Shown here: piece after piece, positions 1 through 11,870 of the stretch | How the letters are laid out: each line of letters starts with the position of its first letter | Position numbering within the stretch: the first letter of the stretch is position 1 | Assembly: GCF_004010195.1 (NCBI RefSeq) | Contig: NC_057718.1 | Span: 93,802,179 to 93,857,552, forward strand | Direction: 5' to 3' | Length of the DNA: 55,374 bases | From: Chiloscyllium plagiosum | Taxonomy: Eukaryota | Translations under genes and position numbers: made by a program | Notes under the pieces: model-generated | Databases searched by the model: none | What the model was told of the DNA's origin: nothing | The model's input: the letters and a program-made list of their open reading frames with translations, nothing else

Positions 1-1739
1 GGGATAGTGAGATTGATGGACATGTTTTGTGTCTGTCCCAGGCCTGGTATGAGTGAATTTACCTAGCATTGCACTTAATACTTATCAAAATATTTTTTCA
101 ATGTCTGTGATAGATTTACAATTTTGTGAAATTGGTGACTGGATGAAGCTTCTGTTGTAGAAGCAGGTGAATTATGATTTCCATTGAGAACTGGAAGTAT
201 TCTGTAACAGTTAAAAAGTTGAAAAGGTACATAAAGATACCAATGTACATATGAAAGTTTTTAACCAGTTATTTATTATGTTTGGGGAATAAACAGCCAC
301 ATGGACTCTGTTATACTGTATACCAATGATGCATTAATGCTTTACATCATATTTTAACAATGTTAGAGGAACCAAGACGGCCATTTGGAATATGCTGTAA
401 TACTTTTAAAATTCTTTCATGGGATATGAGTATCACTGGCAAAGCCAGAATTTGTTACCCATCCCGAACTGCACTTCAGAAGGTGGTAATGCGCTGTTGC
501 GAGCTATCTGGTGTTGTTAGGAAGAGAATTTCTCTACAGAGCAATTCAGTTATTTCCATTGCCTGACTGTATTGAAATCAATCAGCTTTTAATGTGAGTT
601 TCTCATTCTTTTATATTTGCACCCAAAATCACTGTTATTGTCAGCTGTGGCACAGATTTGTAGTTTCATTCTGACCTTGGTACATTCAAATGCTGATTTC
701 CACACTTGTTCTTCAAATAGTAAATTAACAAAAAAGCATAACTTATTCTTTCCATTGAAGACAAGATTGGCAATAAGATTTCACTTGAAATTACCACATC
801 AGTTGCGGTTAATTGCTACAAAGACAAGGGGTGTACAGCACAACTGGAAAGCTACGGGCAACAGCATAAGCCTGCAGGAAGAAACACTCCTGTATCTGCT
901 TATACAGCTGAGTTATACACTGTCAGGATTGGTGGAGGGGTCTAAAATACTGCTAAAGCTTGTTTGCTTCTTGCAGAAAACATTTTGACAGAACTGATCC
1001 ATAAAGCATTCTTTTGTCTTTGTGAGAATGTTTTGAAGCCATTTCTTTTATACTTCCTCGGTGATAGGGAAGTGCATGCATGCACGCTGAAAGGAATTCT
1101 GTTAGCATGGAAAGGACTCGTGCAATGATTGATGACCCACTACCTTGATCACCATGCATTTGCCCAGGGTGGTCTCTGCTGTGACTTTAAAGCCACATAA
1201 ACCTCACGTAGCAAAGGCAGCACAAAAGGTATTTCAGCTAAAGAAGGTGCACGAGTTCATGTGGAAAGCAATTTGGCTGGCTTCCAGTAACACTCCTGTT
1301 TGTCAAAACATATATCTTTCTGTAAGGCAGTCCTCAGCATGAAAGGCATGAATTGCAATGTTCCTACTTATTCACACCAAGGAGAAAAATGCTCATTTAA
1401 ACCTGAGTATCTTATCTCTGGTAAGTAATGTTGTTTGTCTTCCATTGTTTCCTGTTTTAGTTCCTACCCTCTTGAGAGAACAGGGAAGCACAATCTAAGC
1501 CCAGACTCTTGGCCTTATTTCCATATGGTGCAGCTGGCCAGATTGTCACAAGACACCCCCTTCCACAGTCGCACGGCTGAGCTGAGCATGGGAATTCGGG
1601 GATAAATTGGTTTTCCATTTGGATCTGAGATGGACTGAACCAATGGGTAGATCGTGATTTGGAGGTGCCGGAGTTAGACTGGAATGTACAAAGTTAAAAA
1701 TCACACAACACCAGGTTATAGTCCAACAGGTTTATTTGG

Positions 1740-1780
1740 AAGCACTAGCTTTCGGAGCGCTGCTCCTTCATCAGGTGGTT
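1740..1780 (-). ncRNA. Minimal type-I hammerhead ribozyme motif (PLE family B), antisense twin
   Basis: Exact reverse complement of the 1789-1829 motif. Confidence 0.75.
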
Positions 1781-1788
1781 GTGGAGAC

Positions 1789-1829
1789 AACCACCTGATG
1801 AAGGAGCAGCGCTCCGAAAGCTAGTGCTT
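1789..1829 (+). ncRNA. Minimal type-I hammerhead ribozyme motif (PLE family B)
   Basis: aaccac-CTGATGA-A-GGAGC-agc-GCTCC-GAA-AGCT-A-gtgctt. Intact core, 5-bp stem II, palindromic AGCU stem III, stem I cac/gtg; predicted cleavage 3' of A1823. Confidence 0.75.
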
Positions 1830-2184
1830 CCAAATAAACCTGTTGGACTATAACCCGGTGATGGATGAATCAGACAGCCTTCCACATTGCCAGATCTCTG
1901 GCACCTCTGCACGAATTGTGACTTCCCATGTTTCAATAACTGTGACACAAGAAGTGTGACTTGAATAGTTTAATTAATTAAAATTAAGCAATTCACTACT
2001 GTTGAGGGTGAGATCTTAGTGGGGTGCTTCTTTTGTCTCGACATCGTTGAGTAAAGAACTCTTTACATGTGGTAGAGCTCTCAATAGCCCAGAGAGCTCT
2101 TAGCCTTTTTAATTCTTGTGTTTCATATATTGTTATAGGTTTCTAAAATAATATTTTTCTAACCTTTCTGATTTGCAGAGATTT

Positions 2185-2512
2185 TTAAAGATTCATTAGA
2201 TATGGGTGTCACTGGCTTTATTACCCAGGGGACAGTTAAGAGTCAATCACATTGCTGTGGGTCAAGAGTCACATGTAGGTCAGACCCAGGTAAGGGGATG
2301 GAAGTTTCCTTCCTTAAAGGATATTAGTGAACCAGATGGGTTTCCCCCCAACAATCAACACGTGGCCATCATTAGACTCTTAATTCCAGATATTTATTGA
2401 ATTCAAAATCCACCATCTTCCATGGCAGGATTTGAACCTGGTTCCCCTGAACATTCTTATGGGAATCTGGATTATTCCAGATAATTCCGCGAGGCTGTTG
2501 CCTCCCTCCCCA
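2185..2512 (-). mobile_element. tRNA-derived SINE (second shark family, CR1-type 3' tail)
   Basis: B-box-like GGTTCAAATCC on the minus strand and the core GGTTCACTAATATCCTTTAAGGAAGGAAAC. Homologous copies at 10270-10620, 13650-13960 and 27502-27815. Confidence 0.75.
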
Positions 2513-2779
2513 TCATTACTGCTGGCGATTTTTGCATACATCCTAAATTAATCAGACAGAAAAAAATGCAGGGAATAAGGGAAAGTATTTTCTCTGATAC
2601 AATATGCAAAAGTTGATCAGGGAGTATTAGATAAATCAGCTGCACACATAACATTGAATGTCACGTCCATGGTTATATTCCATGTGAGCCTCCTCCTGGT
2701 CTTCTTCAAGATCCAACCTTTTCAGCATGTGTTTGCCTATATAAGATTTTCAGGAAAATAGGGCAGTTTAGACCAATAT

Positions 2780-3515
2780 CCATAGAATTTAGAAGAATGA
2801 TAGATAATTGTATTGAAACATGTAAGGATCTGGAATGGAATTGATAAACTGGATACTGGGGAAGCATTTTCTTTTGTGAAGGACACTAAAACTAGGGGGT
2901 ATTGTTTAAGAATAATGAGTCTCTATCTTAAAAAGGAGATATGTTTTATCTTTCTCATAAGGCAGTTCATCTTTGGATTTTTCCTCTCCAGAAAACAATA
3001 GGGGCTGGATTATCGAATTTATTCTTTTGCTGAGTTAGATGGATTTTCAAATCGAAAAGGAAATCAAGAGTTAGGGACGAAGGCAGGAAAGTAGAGGTGA
3101 GACCACAGTCCGATCAGCCATGATCTTATTTGGGATGGCACGGTGGCTCAGTGGTGAGCACTGCTGCCTCATAGTGCCAGGGACCTGCATTTGATTCCAG
3201 CCTTGGGTGACTATCTCTGTGGAAATTGCACATTCTCCCTGTGTCTGTGTGGGTTTGCTCCGGTTTTCTCCCACAATCCAAAGAGGTGCAGGTTAGTTGA
3301 ATGGGCCATGGTAAATTGTCCATAATGTTCAGGGATGTGCGGGTGATTTGCATTAGTCAGGTAAATATAGTAGGGGAATGGGTCTGGGTGAGTTACACTT
3401 CAGAGGGTTGGTGTGGACTTGTTAGGCCGAAGGGCCTGTTTTCACAATGTAGGAATTCCAATTTTCATTCAGTGACAAAGCAGGCTCGAAGGGCTGAATG
3501 GCCTACTGCTCCTCT
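2780..3515 (+). mobile_element. Degraded CR1 LINE 3' fragment interrupted by an HE1 SINE
   Basis: CR1 3' UTR motifs: CAGCCATGATCTTATT ends at 3130 and the UTR resumes after the SINE with GCAGGCTCGAAGGGCTGAATGGCCTACT. Confidence 0.7.
3131..3460 (+). mobile_element. HE1-type (V-domain) tRNA SINE
   Basis: A-box TGGCTCAGTGG, B-box-like TTGATTCC, V-domain GGGTTTGCTCCGGTTTTCTCCCACAATCCAAAGA, CR1 tail GGCCGAAGGGCCTGTTT. Confidence 0.9.
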
Positions 3516-3667
3516 AAGACTTACCCTCCCATGCTCCTACTCCTTTCTCTCTCATGTCCATATCCAAACTCCCTTAAGTGTATCTATATTATTTGCACCA
3601 ACCACTCAGTGGTAGCAAGTTGCACATTCTCAGCATTAACTGGAAGATTGAGAGCTGGGCACACAGA

Positions 3668-4030
3668 GAGTCATAGAGATGTACAGCACAAAAACAGACC
3701 CTTTGATCCAATTTGTCCATGCCAACCAGATAATCTAAAGTAGTTTAGTCCCAATTGCCAGCAGGTGGCCCATAATTCCTTTAAACTCTTCCTATTCATA
3801 TACCCATCCAGATGCCTTTTAAACGTTGTAATTGTGCCAGCTTCCTCTGGCAGCTCATTCCATACACGCACCACCCTCTGCACAAAAATGTTGCTCCTCA
3901 GATCCCTTTTAGATCTTTCCCCTCTCCCTTTAAATCTACGCTCTCTAGTTCTGGACTCACCTATCATGGGAAAAAGACCTTGTCTATTCACCCTATCCAT
4001 GCCCCTCATGATTTTATAAACCTCTGTATT
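3668..4030 (-). mobile_element. CR1/HER1 LINE 3' fragment
   Basis: ORF2 C-terminus EVYKIMRGMDRVN...QRVVRVWNELPEE...FKRHLDGYM. Confidence 0.9.
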
Positions 4031-4249
4031 TAAGGTGTTTGGCAAAAAACACAATGAAGATAGGAAGGAGAAACGATGCTGTAGTAGAGATGGTGATGCC
4101 TGATCGTGAGGTGACAGACTCATTCAAGGCATTCAAGAAGGCATTTGATTAGTTAGCTGAAAAATGAAAAAAAAAAGTGCCAAGCCAATGGGAGAAGATA
4201 GGGGAATAGCACTCAGTGCATTTGTCATTTAGACAGCCAATACAGACAT

Positions 4250-4635
4250 GAAGGGTAGGGCAGTTGATATAGTTTAGATGGATTTCAGGAAGGCGTTCGA
4301 CAGGATGAATATAAAACAAATATTCCCCTTAGTTGAAGGGTCAATAACAAGGGCATAATTTTAAAGTGAAAAGCAGAAGGTTTGGAGAGAATTTGAGGAA
4401 ACATATTTTTCACCCAGAACGTGGGGGTGCACTGCCTGAGAGGTAGTCGAGATGGAAAACCTCACAACCTTTAAAAAGTATTTGGATTAGCACTTGAATT
4501 ATTATAACATTCAAGGCTATGGGCCTAATGTAAGAAAGTGAGACTGGTGTTGGTAGTAGTATATGTCTGGGTGGTACAGACTTGATGGGCCGAAGAGCCT
4601 CCACCATATGACGTTATGATATTATGAAACTATGA
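4250..4635 (+). mobile_element. CR1 LINE 3' fragment
   Basis: CR1 C-terminal remnant and 3' UTR GATGGGCCGAAGAGCC with a (TTATGA)n tail. Confidence 0.75.
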
Positions 4636-4874
4636 AAGGCTGAATGCTCACCATCTGTGTTGTAACAATTCTGAACTGGTTGGAGAATTATCTTCTGAGT
4701 TACCTATTGGATTACAAGATGACTTTCATATTGATAACCTTTTGTTCTGCTCTTTCCCACAAGTGAAACCAACTCTATCTACATTTCCTTTCTCCAACTG
4801 TTTCATGATTTAAACAATATTGAGTTAATTTGGTTTGAGCACTGCAATGACAATTCTATGACTATTTGAAGAGA

Positions 4875-5345
4875 TGACACATGGAATATTGAGAACAGTT
4901 TTGGTCCCATTACCTCAGACACTCTGTTGGAGACAGAGTGCAACAAAGGTTCACCAGACTGACCCCTGAGGTTGGCGGGATTGAGTTATGAACAGAGAAT
5001 GAAAAATCTGGGCTTACTATCTCTAGAGCTTTTAATTATAAAAGGTAATCTCATCGAAACCAAGAAAATACTGAACAAGATAGATAGGATGGTCCCCCAG
5101 CTAGGAGATTTAGAACCAGGGGATACAGTCTCAGAATAAGGTGCAGGTCATTTATGACAGAGATGAGGAGGAATTTGCTCCTCAATCTTTGGCATTCTCT
5201 GCCCTGGAGGATTGTGAAAGCTCAACTGAGAGCATGTTCAAGACAGAAATGGATAGATTTCTAGATATGAATGACACCAAAGGACAAGGGGATGATCAGC
5301 CATCACTTGTTTGGAAAATAGAGCAGGCTTGATGGAAAAAAATGA
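4875..5345 (+). mobile_element. Old CR1 LINE fragment
   Basis: Remnants of YXEQFWSP, RVQQRFTRL and MFKTEMDRFLD. Confidence 0.7.
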
Positions 5346-5399
5346 CTGAGTTATAGTGTTCTACAGCACAGAAAAAGGACCTTTAGTACGTTGAGGAAA

Positions 5400-5675
5400 G
5401 GTGATATGATGGCTCAGTGGTTAGCATTGCTGCCTGACAGTGCCAGGGACCTAGGTTCAATTCCACCCTTGGGTGACTGTCTGAGTGAAGTGTGCACATT
5501 CTCCCTGTGTCTGTGTGGGTTTCCCTCGGTGTTCCAGTTTCCTCACATGGCCTATAGATGTGCAGGTTAGATGGTGAAATAGAAGGAGAGGGTAGGGGAC
5601 TGGATCTGGGAGGTATGCTTTTTGGAGGATTGATATGGACTTGATGATAGATGGTCTCATCTAGAGATTCCATGA
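5400..5675 (+). mobile_element. HE1-type SINE
   Basis: TGGCTCAGTGGTTAGC A-box, GGTTCAATTCC B-box, V-domain. Confidence 0.85.
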
Positions 5676-6079
5676 GTCTATGCCCATCAAAAACAACCAC
5701 CTAACTGTGCTGATGCCATTTTCCAGCACTTAGCCTGTAGTCCGCTCTTACTTCCTATGTATCTCTGTTTCCACAACGTCACCTTTCAACTGTCTGAAGA
5801 GCAAAGGGATCCATACTATTCAATCTTTCCTGAAAAAAAACTCATTGCATTTCTTATCCATCTTTGGATCCTCTCCTTAGATACAGTCTATCTTTTTGAT
5901 GGTATGCCATTGGGCAAACCAAGAGAAATAAATGACAGAGATTAACATAACTAAATATAATATTTCATGGCTGAAGTGGTAAAAGACAATAGAAGCTATG
6001 CCCCAAATCTAGAATGCCAGCCACTAATTGTGAATCACAATTTACTATTCTGACATTTTGGGAAGCAGTTATAGTTTGA

Positions 6080-6900
6080 GGTCAAGGTGAACATGGCGGA
6101 TGTGAGTAATAGTCTGACTTGGATATCCAAAGTCACAATTTGAATAGATCCTCGTGCCCCACTTGAGGAATAAGTGGCCATATCTTTCCTCGCTCACCTC
6201 CAAGTGTTGACCAAATGCTCCATGGGAGGTTGGAAACCTGGGACTTCACCTCTTGGGCCAATTGCCAGATCGCATTTGGTAATGTTGACATTCAATTGAT
6301 CAGGAAGGATCCCCATTGAGAACGGAGGCTGTCATTCAGTTGTGAATTGTGTTTTCGTCAGGGTAATAGAATTTCAGACAAGAGGATGGGTTTTTATTTG
6401 CAGTCCTGTGTCAATGGAAGTGTTTTGTTAACTGTCAGCCGGGACTGTTCTATGCAAAGCCACATTTTCCCTGCAGATATCCGGAAGTTCAACATATGTT
6501 GGCACAGGATAACACTCAAGCTAAGGTCAGTCTCAATGTCCCAGAAAATAAACCCTCATGACTTCCCAAAGGTGGATATCTGTCACTATTGTGTGTGTTG
6601 GTTCATAAGCCAAGTTGAGCAGCAGTTAGGTAAGCCAGGGTTAGTGAAGCAGTACATAGTCAGTTAGCTCTGTTGTCCAAGGTGCCCCTGTTTCCTCTCT
6701 TGTTTTAACCTTGGTTCCAGTATCCTGGAGACATTGCCCATCATGGGTCAAGAATGATGCCAAGGTATTTTGTCTTTGGGTCGTGAATGAGTCGTTGACC
6801 TCAGAAATGGGCATGAAACTCCCCCTTGGCCTTGCAGTTGTTCAAGTGGAAGACAAAACAACAAAATTTGATCCAAGTGTCCATTTTCTAACATAGGCTT
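6080..6900 (-). mobile_element. Vingi/Ingi-like non-LTR retrotransposon fossil (RT end plus C-terminal zinc knuckle)
   Basis: Manual minus-strand translation: VFHLNNCKAKGEFHAHF*GQRLIHDPKTKYLGIILDP (about 6745-6860), QCLQDTGTKVKTR, and near 6100-6240 WSIWSTL...RYGHLFLKWG...NCDFGYPSQTITHI. Contains stops and frameshifts. Confidence 0.65.
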
Positions 6901-8039
6901 TCAGAGAACATTTGGTTCTCCAACATTGGTGATCTCACAATGACTGAGAGAAACTAGCAATGCCTACTTGGGTCAGAGAGTCCATTATAAAGCAAGGATA
7001 TCTACTACAAGGAGGACATCGGGTTAGTATTGCCAATCCTCAAGAACTGTCCTTGAGTCTCAAGGAATGAAAGGTTAATTGCTACCACATGGTAATGAGA
7101 AACCCAGGAAAATAGACAAAGAGACATTTTGTCTTTAAAATATGTTCCTTCTTCCCATTTACTTTGAATCTTTCAGATTATTCTTCACAAGAAAATTGGA
7201 GGTTTTAGAAAAATGGTGGTTTGAGAAATAGTCAAGAATCACTAGTTAAGCTCTTGGTGAACTTTAAGTTCTAATTGGTATAGGAAGGAATTGAACTTTG
7301 AGAATGGATGTTTGAGGTGACCAATGAAAAAAGTGTGGGAACTAGCCAGTTAAAGGTTGGAATTTTATGATTAAACCTCCAGGGGTACCTCCAGGCACAG
7401 TTGGTCACCCGGGTAGAAAGGGGACTGAGAGACTTTACCTTCTTCTGGGATAATCTTTGAAAACAACTGCAGAGTCAATTGACGTGTCATTCTAAGCATC
7501 AAGCTTATGTTCCAAACAGCAATCTGTATCCTTAACCACTGAATGAAATTGTTTGAGTGTGTTACTGCCATGTGAAAGATAGATTCTGGGTTTCAGCTCT
7601 ACTCCACTCCTTGGTTCACTCATCGGGCACGATAACTTATTGTTTGCAACTTTCTCCAGTTCATTAATAAGATCCTCAGCTAGAATTGTAGTAAGTGTTG
7701 CAACTTGTAAACATCAAGGAGAGGAGTGCCCTGCCATCAAGTGTTTAGTCACTGCGCCCCTTCACTTTCAAGAAATGGAACAGATCATGGCTCCAATTGC
7801 AAGTGTGCATGATGCTTCCTGCTTAAAATGCATACCTGCATGGAAGTGAATAAGGTAAGGACCAAAGCTAATGAGCTCCAAGGAGGAGATGCTAGAAAAT
7901 GCTTCTCCAGTCAGGCAGCATTCATAGAGACAGAGAAACAGATCACCCTTCACAAATCTCAGAATGCAATGAACTACCATGCTGGTGCCTCTAGGCAGAG
8001 ACCTTGCTTATCACTAAGACTAAAATAAAGTACAACTGC

Positions 8040-8540
8040 TTGGCATGGTGGTCCGTCGGTGGCACATGATAGCCTCTCAGCAGCATACAGTCCTCTTTCG
8101 GCAACACATAGTGGTCTCACAACTTGGCGTGGTGGTCTATCAGCGGCCTGTGGTGGCCTTCCAGCCCAATGTGGCCTCAACTTCCGGTCTCAAGGTGAGT
8201 CCACAGCAGTCTCCTGGCCTTGAGAGTGTCAAGGTGAAGCCCAGCACTGTCTGGCATTTAGGCCCGGTGCGGTCTGGAAATGAGGTGCCAGTGTGGACTG
8301 GGTTGGAAAGACTGTTGTTCTGAACTTCATATTTCTCTATTTTCTAACTTATTCCTATGATCTGTAATGCTGGATTTTTTTTAATTTCTTTATTTTTCGA
8401 ATTCTTTTTTGTTAAGAACTTGCACTTAAGAATCTGTACCTAGGTACCTTGTGTCGAGGGTGGCACCGTAAATGGTGACTTGTAAACTTTTCACTGTGCT
8501 CATTTGAGTACATGTGACAATGAAGCTGATTCCATTCCTG
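8040..8540 (+). mobile_element. Non-coding retroelement with Rex/Babar-type 3' tail
   Basis: GC-rich body with a degenerate 21-bp tandem array (about 8048-8175), palindrome GTACCTAGGTAC at 8436-8447, and tail CTTTTCACTGTGCTCATTTGAGTACATGTGACAAT. Confidence 0.6.
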
Positions 8541-8739
8541 TTCATTATATAAAATGTCAAATTCCAACTGATCTCATGCCAGATCTGAAATCTGCCTTAA
8601 ATCTCCTCCACTTGTTAAATTCTTAAATTGAACCACTCTGAACCACTCTAGCAACAAATGTTGAATCAATTTGGACAGGCTATTGTACAGTTTTTCATAA
8701 AATATAAAACTGTTAAAGGTGCGTTTAATGAAGAAATTG

Positions 8740-9030
8740 TTTCATTCATTCGTTTTGGCCTCTTGTGCACTCACCCCTCCTTCCTTTTCAGCGACCCAGC
8801 CTTTAAGTTCTGGAATTTCCAACTCTACACTTCTCCAGTTCTCATTCCTTCTGCAGCTTGCTTTCAAAAACCTGCTTTTTTTAAAACCAAGCTTTGACTT
8901 GTCACAATAACTGCTTTCATAGTTCAATATCAAATTATATTCTGGCCTGCACTCATGCTCCTGATCAGATTTTTGTCAGGCATCTCAGGATGTTTTATAA
9001 TATCATACATGATATATAAATGCCTATTGT
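8740..9030 (+). mobile_element. Old L2-type LINE 3' fragment
   Basis: TTCAGC...CCTTTAAGTTCTGGAATTTCC...TTAAAACC...TTTGAC and tail GGATGTTTT...ATATAAATGC; a similar fragment lies at about 29030-29300. Confidence 0.5.
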
Positions 9031-9688
9031 GAGGCAGAAGTATAACCGAGATCTGAATTAAATAAGGAATCAGCAGGAACAGTATTTTTTTATTGTTTCC
9101 TGCTGTAGTTTCTCATATTACCAACCATACATTGCTGTGATATGTAGAGTAGAGCCTGTCGATGGGGTTGCTTTGGTACAAATGGAGCGCGGCCTAATTA
9201 TATTTCACTGTCTTCATCAGGAATGAAAAGATCATTAACTCAAGGCTCAAGGAAAACAGGGAGAACAGACTGCTGTCATGTCTTTTGTAGAAAGCGTGCT
9301 TTGCACACTGGAGCGTGGAAAATGTGAATGACATCAGTATAAGGCAAGCTCCATCTCTGTGTACTGAATTACTGTCAGGTTAAAATTCACGCACTCAACC
9401 AAGTACTCCTGCTCCGTAACTTTTTAATCTCACCAACTTGGTGCTAAGCAGAAAGAAGTTGATGAGGCCTTCATTTCGAGTCTCCTTTGTGAACTGGAGT
9501 AGGTAGGTCAGTGACAGACAGCATTATTAATGGCTTTGAGATCTTTGTACGCTTCTGGTAGACTTATGTTGACTGAATGCAGTCATTAGCTTCAGGATTT
9601 GCAAATATATGGTCTAAAGGCACTGAAAAGAGTTGCTGTTGGTATATAAAAAGAACAACACCAGCTATCACAATAGACATTTCAGTTC

Positions 9689-9703
9689 CCAATAGATGGC
9701 AGC
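9689..9703 (+). promoter_or_regulatory. Candidate CTCF site
   Basis: CCAATAGATGGCAGC matches CCASYAGRKGGCRS with one mismatch and lies in repeat-free sequence. Confidence 0.4.
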
Positions 9704-10269
9704 ATTTTACTACTTCATGGTCATAAACCAAACAGTTTGCAAGACAACTCCCGCTGAATAAAGAAAGGGTGAAGGTTTTATGCTTTCATGATGGGCTGCA
9801 TTCACTCGTTTGCTCAGCATAGCTGCCAGGATTGATTGAGATCCCATAAATCTACTGAGGCTATGACTGTTCCCATCCAGCTCCAATGTAACTGCTCAGC
9901 TACACACCACCCCCACCCACAATTAACCCTTCTCCGGGTCAGGACAGAGTTGTCTCACTTGGAGGGAGATAGGTGCCTGATTCCATGCAGATTAAATGGG
10001 TGAAAGTAGACTGAGTGGCAGGAAGAGCTCCACGACGAGGCAGCGCTCCAAATGCTTGTGATTTCAAATAAACCTGTCGAGTAGCTTTTATTTGTCATTT
10101 CTACCATATACAGCAAAAACGAGACAGCGTTGCTCCAGGACTGAGGGTCCTGGATGAAGAAGCTGGTGTCATATGACTTCCGACCTTGTCCACTGCCAGC
10201 ATTATACACAGGATGATTCCGAGCTCAGTGGAGTAGAGAGAGACAAGGGAAATGTTTTAGTCCACCAAG

Positions 10270-10620
10270 TGGGCATCACTGGGAAGGTTGGCATTTACTG
10301 CCCATCTGCCCCAATTGCCCTTTAGAGAAGCACGAGCGAACTGCCCCTCCTGAATGTGATTGGGAAGAGAGCTGGACCATTTCGGATTGATGGTTAAGAG
10401 GTTACTGCATTTCTGACCGTCTGGACATATAAGGCCAGACCAGGTAAGGGTGGCAGATTTCTTTCTCTAAAGTGCATTGGTGAACCAGGTGGGTTCTATA
10501 ACAATCTTGTATTTTTGTTTGGCGACAATTTCTATTCCAGATTTATATATTTAATGAAATTTAAATTCCCCACATGAAACACAGAGTATTAGCCTAGATC
10601 TCTGGGTTAGTGTACGCCAT
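10270..10620 (-). mobile_element. Old tRNA SINE (second family)
   Basis: GGCCAGACCAGGTAAGGGTGGCAGATTTC...GTGAACCAG, homologous to 2185-2512. Confidence 0.65.
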
Positions 10621-11689
10621 AATCAATATACTGTCATACCTACTATATCAATCTAGACTGCACTGCTTGTAAGGATGGAAGCGGATTCACTGGGAATGTT
10701 AGATAGGGATAAATAATAGGGATATTCGGATGAATTTGATAACTGTTTTAACAAGCTGCAGCAGTCACAGGACGTTGAATGGCCCATGCCAGCTCTAGGA
10801 TAGTTACCAGTGACACTTAAATAATAACAGATCCCAATATAGTATCAAAGGATGAAACTCAATATACGCTGTTCATCTATATGGTAATCCTGTTTCCAAC
10901 TTCTCACACCTCACTATTATGCAGACCTTATTGTCCCATACCCATGATTTGATGTAAAGATTGAAGTTTGAAATACAGCATACAAAGATGATGTTATCTA
11001 TTTAATACATCCCAGAGCAATGCATAGGTGATGCTCACTCTAACTGTGCAACACGTTCCTCTCACAATACTTTTAAAAATCTCTGCAATCACAAAATCAT
11101 GCTTATTCCAGCTCTAACTTCTTGGTGTTTCCATTTATCTTAGCTGTGAGTCATCACCCAGGCTTAAGCAATCAGGAATAGTTAGTATCAAGGATCAGAA
11201 TCACATAATCAAAAGCAGAACAGTTAAACCATTGAACATTATATACAAGAGTCCAGAAGGGAGACTAAGGAGCATGGAACAGGATTAGGCCATTTAGCTC
11301 ATCCAACTTGTTCAACTTTTCACAGCTCTGGCCTAGCTCCACCTTTTCCCCATATTCCTAACCTTCTTTGCTTTTCAAAATAATACCAATTTCATACTCA
11401 AAATTAAGAACTGATCTAACATTTGTCATTTACAGAAGAGAATTCCAAACCTTAATTGCATTCTTGTTTTTAGACTGACTTTGTTTATTTTGTTACAGTA
11501 AAAGTCTTAAAACATTCAGCCTTGTCCTTCAGCTCATTTCAGTCACTAACAAAACCATTGATTTTTAAAGTCACTGGTCTTAACAGAGTTTTCAATGAGT
11601 TGTTACTTGTGTATATTGTCCAGGTTAATGTGACAGCTAATTTGAATGTCCCAACGAATAATCATCTAAAGGACGATTTAATAAAATTC

Positions 11690-11870
11690 GTAAATGTTGA
11701 CTAAAGGATAAAAGTAGTCAGAATGCAAGGATAACTCTTATCTGGCTTTGAGTAGCAGACAGACTTGTAGTTTAACATTTCATTTGAAAGATGTCTCCTT
11801 TGGCAATACTGCTTCCTTCAGTACTGTGTTAAAGTGCCAGCTCAAACTGTGTCTTCATATCCTCAAAACT
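11690..11870 (-). mobile_element. Deu-domain SINE remnant
   Basis: TTTAACATTTCATTTGAAAGATG...CCTTCAGTACTG, the reverse complement of the Deu core. Confidence 0.5.

Larger units (their letters stand above)
1652..1860. mobile_element. Short Penelope-like (PLE) family-B insertion arranged as an inverted repeat
   Basis: Minus-strand pLTR tail (1652-1786) followed by a plus-strand copy. Arms 1709-1782 and 1787-1860 are complementary at 73/74 positions around a GGAG loop. The same sequence recurs at 12991, 22561, 23060 and 38870. Confidence 0.85.

Noticed and set aside
3131..3210. tRNA-like A/B boxes here and in other copies
   Set aside because: These are SINE heads, not cloverleaf tRNA genes.
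8048..8175. 21-bp periodic array as a possible CRISPR-like or coding repeat
   Set aside because: Degenerate tandem units without spacers, inside a retroelement body in eukaryotic DNA.
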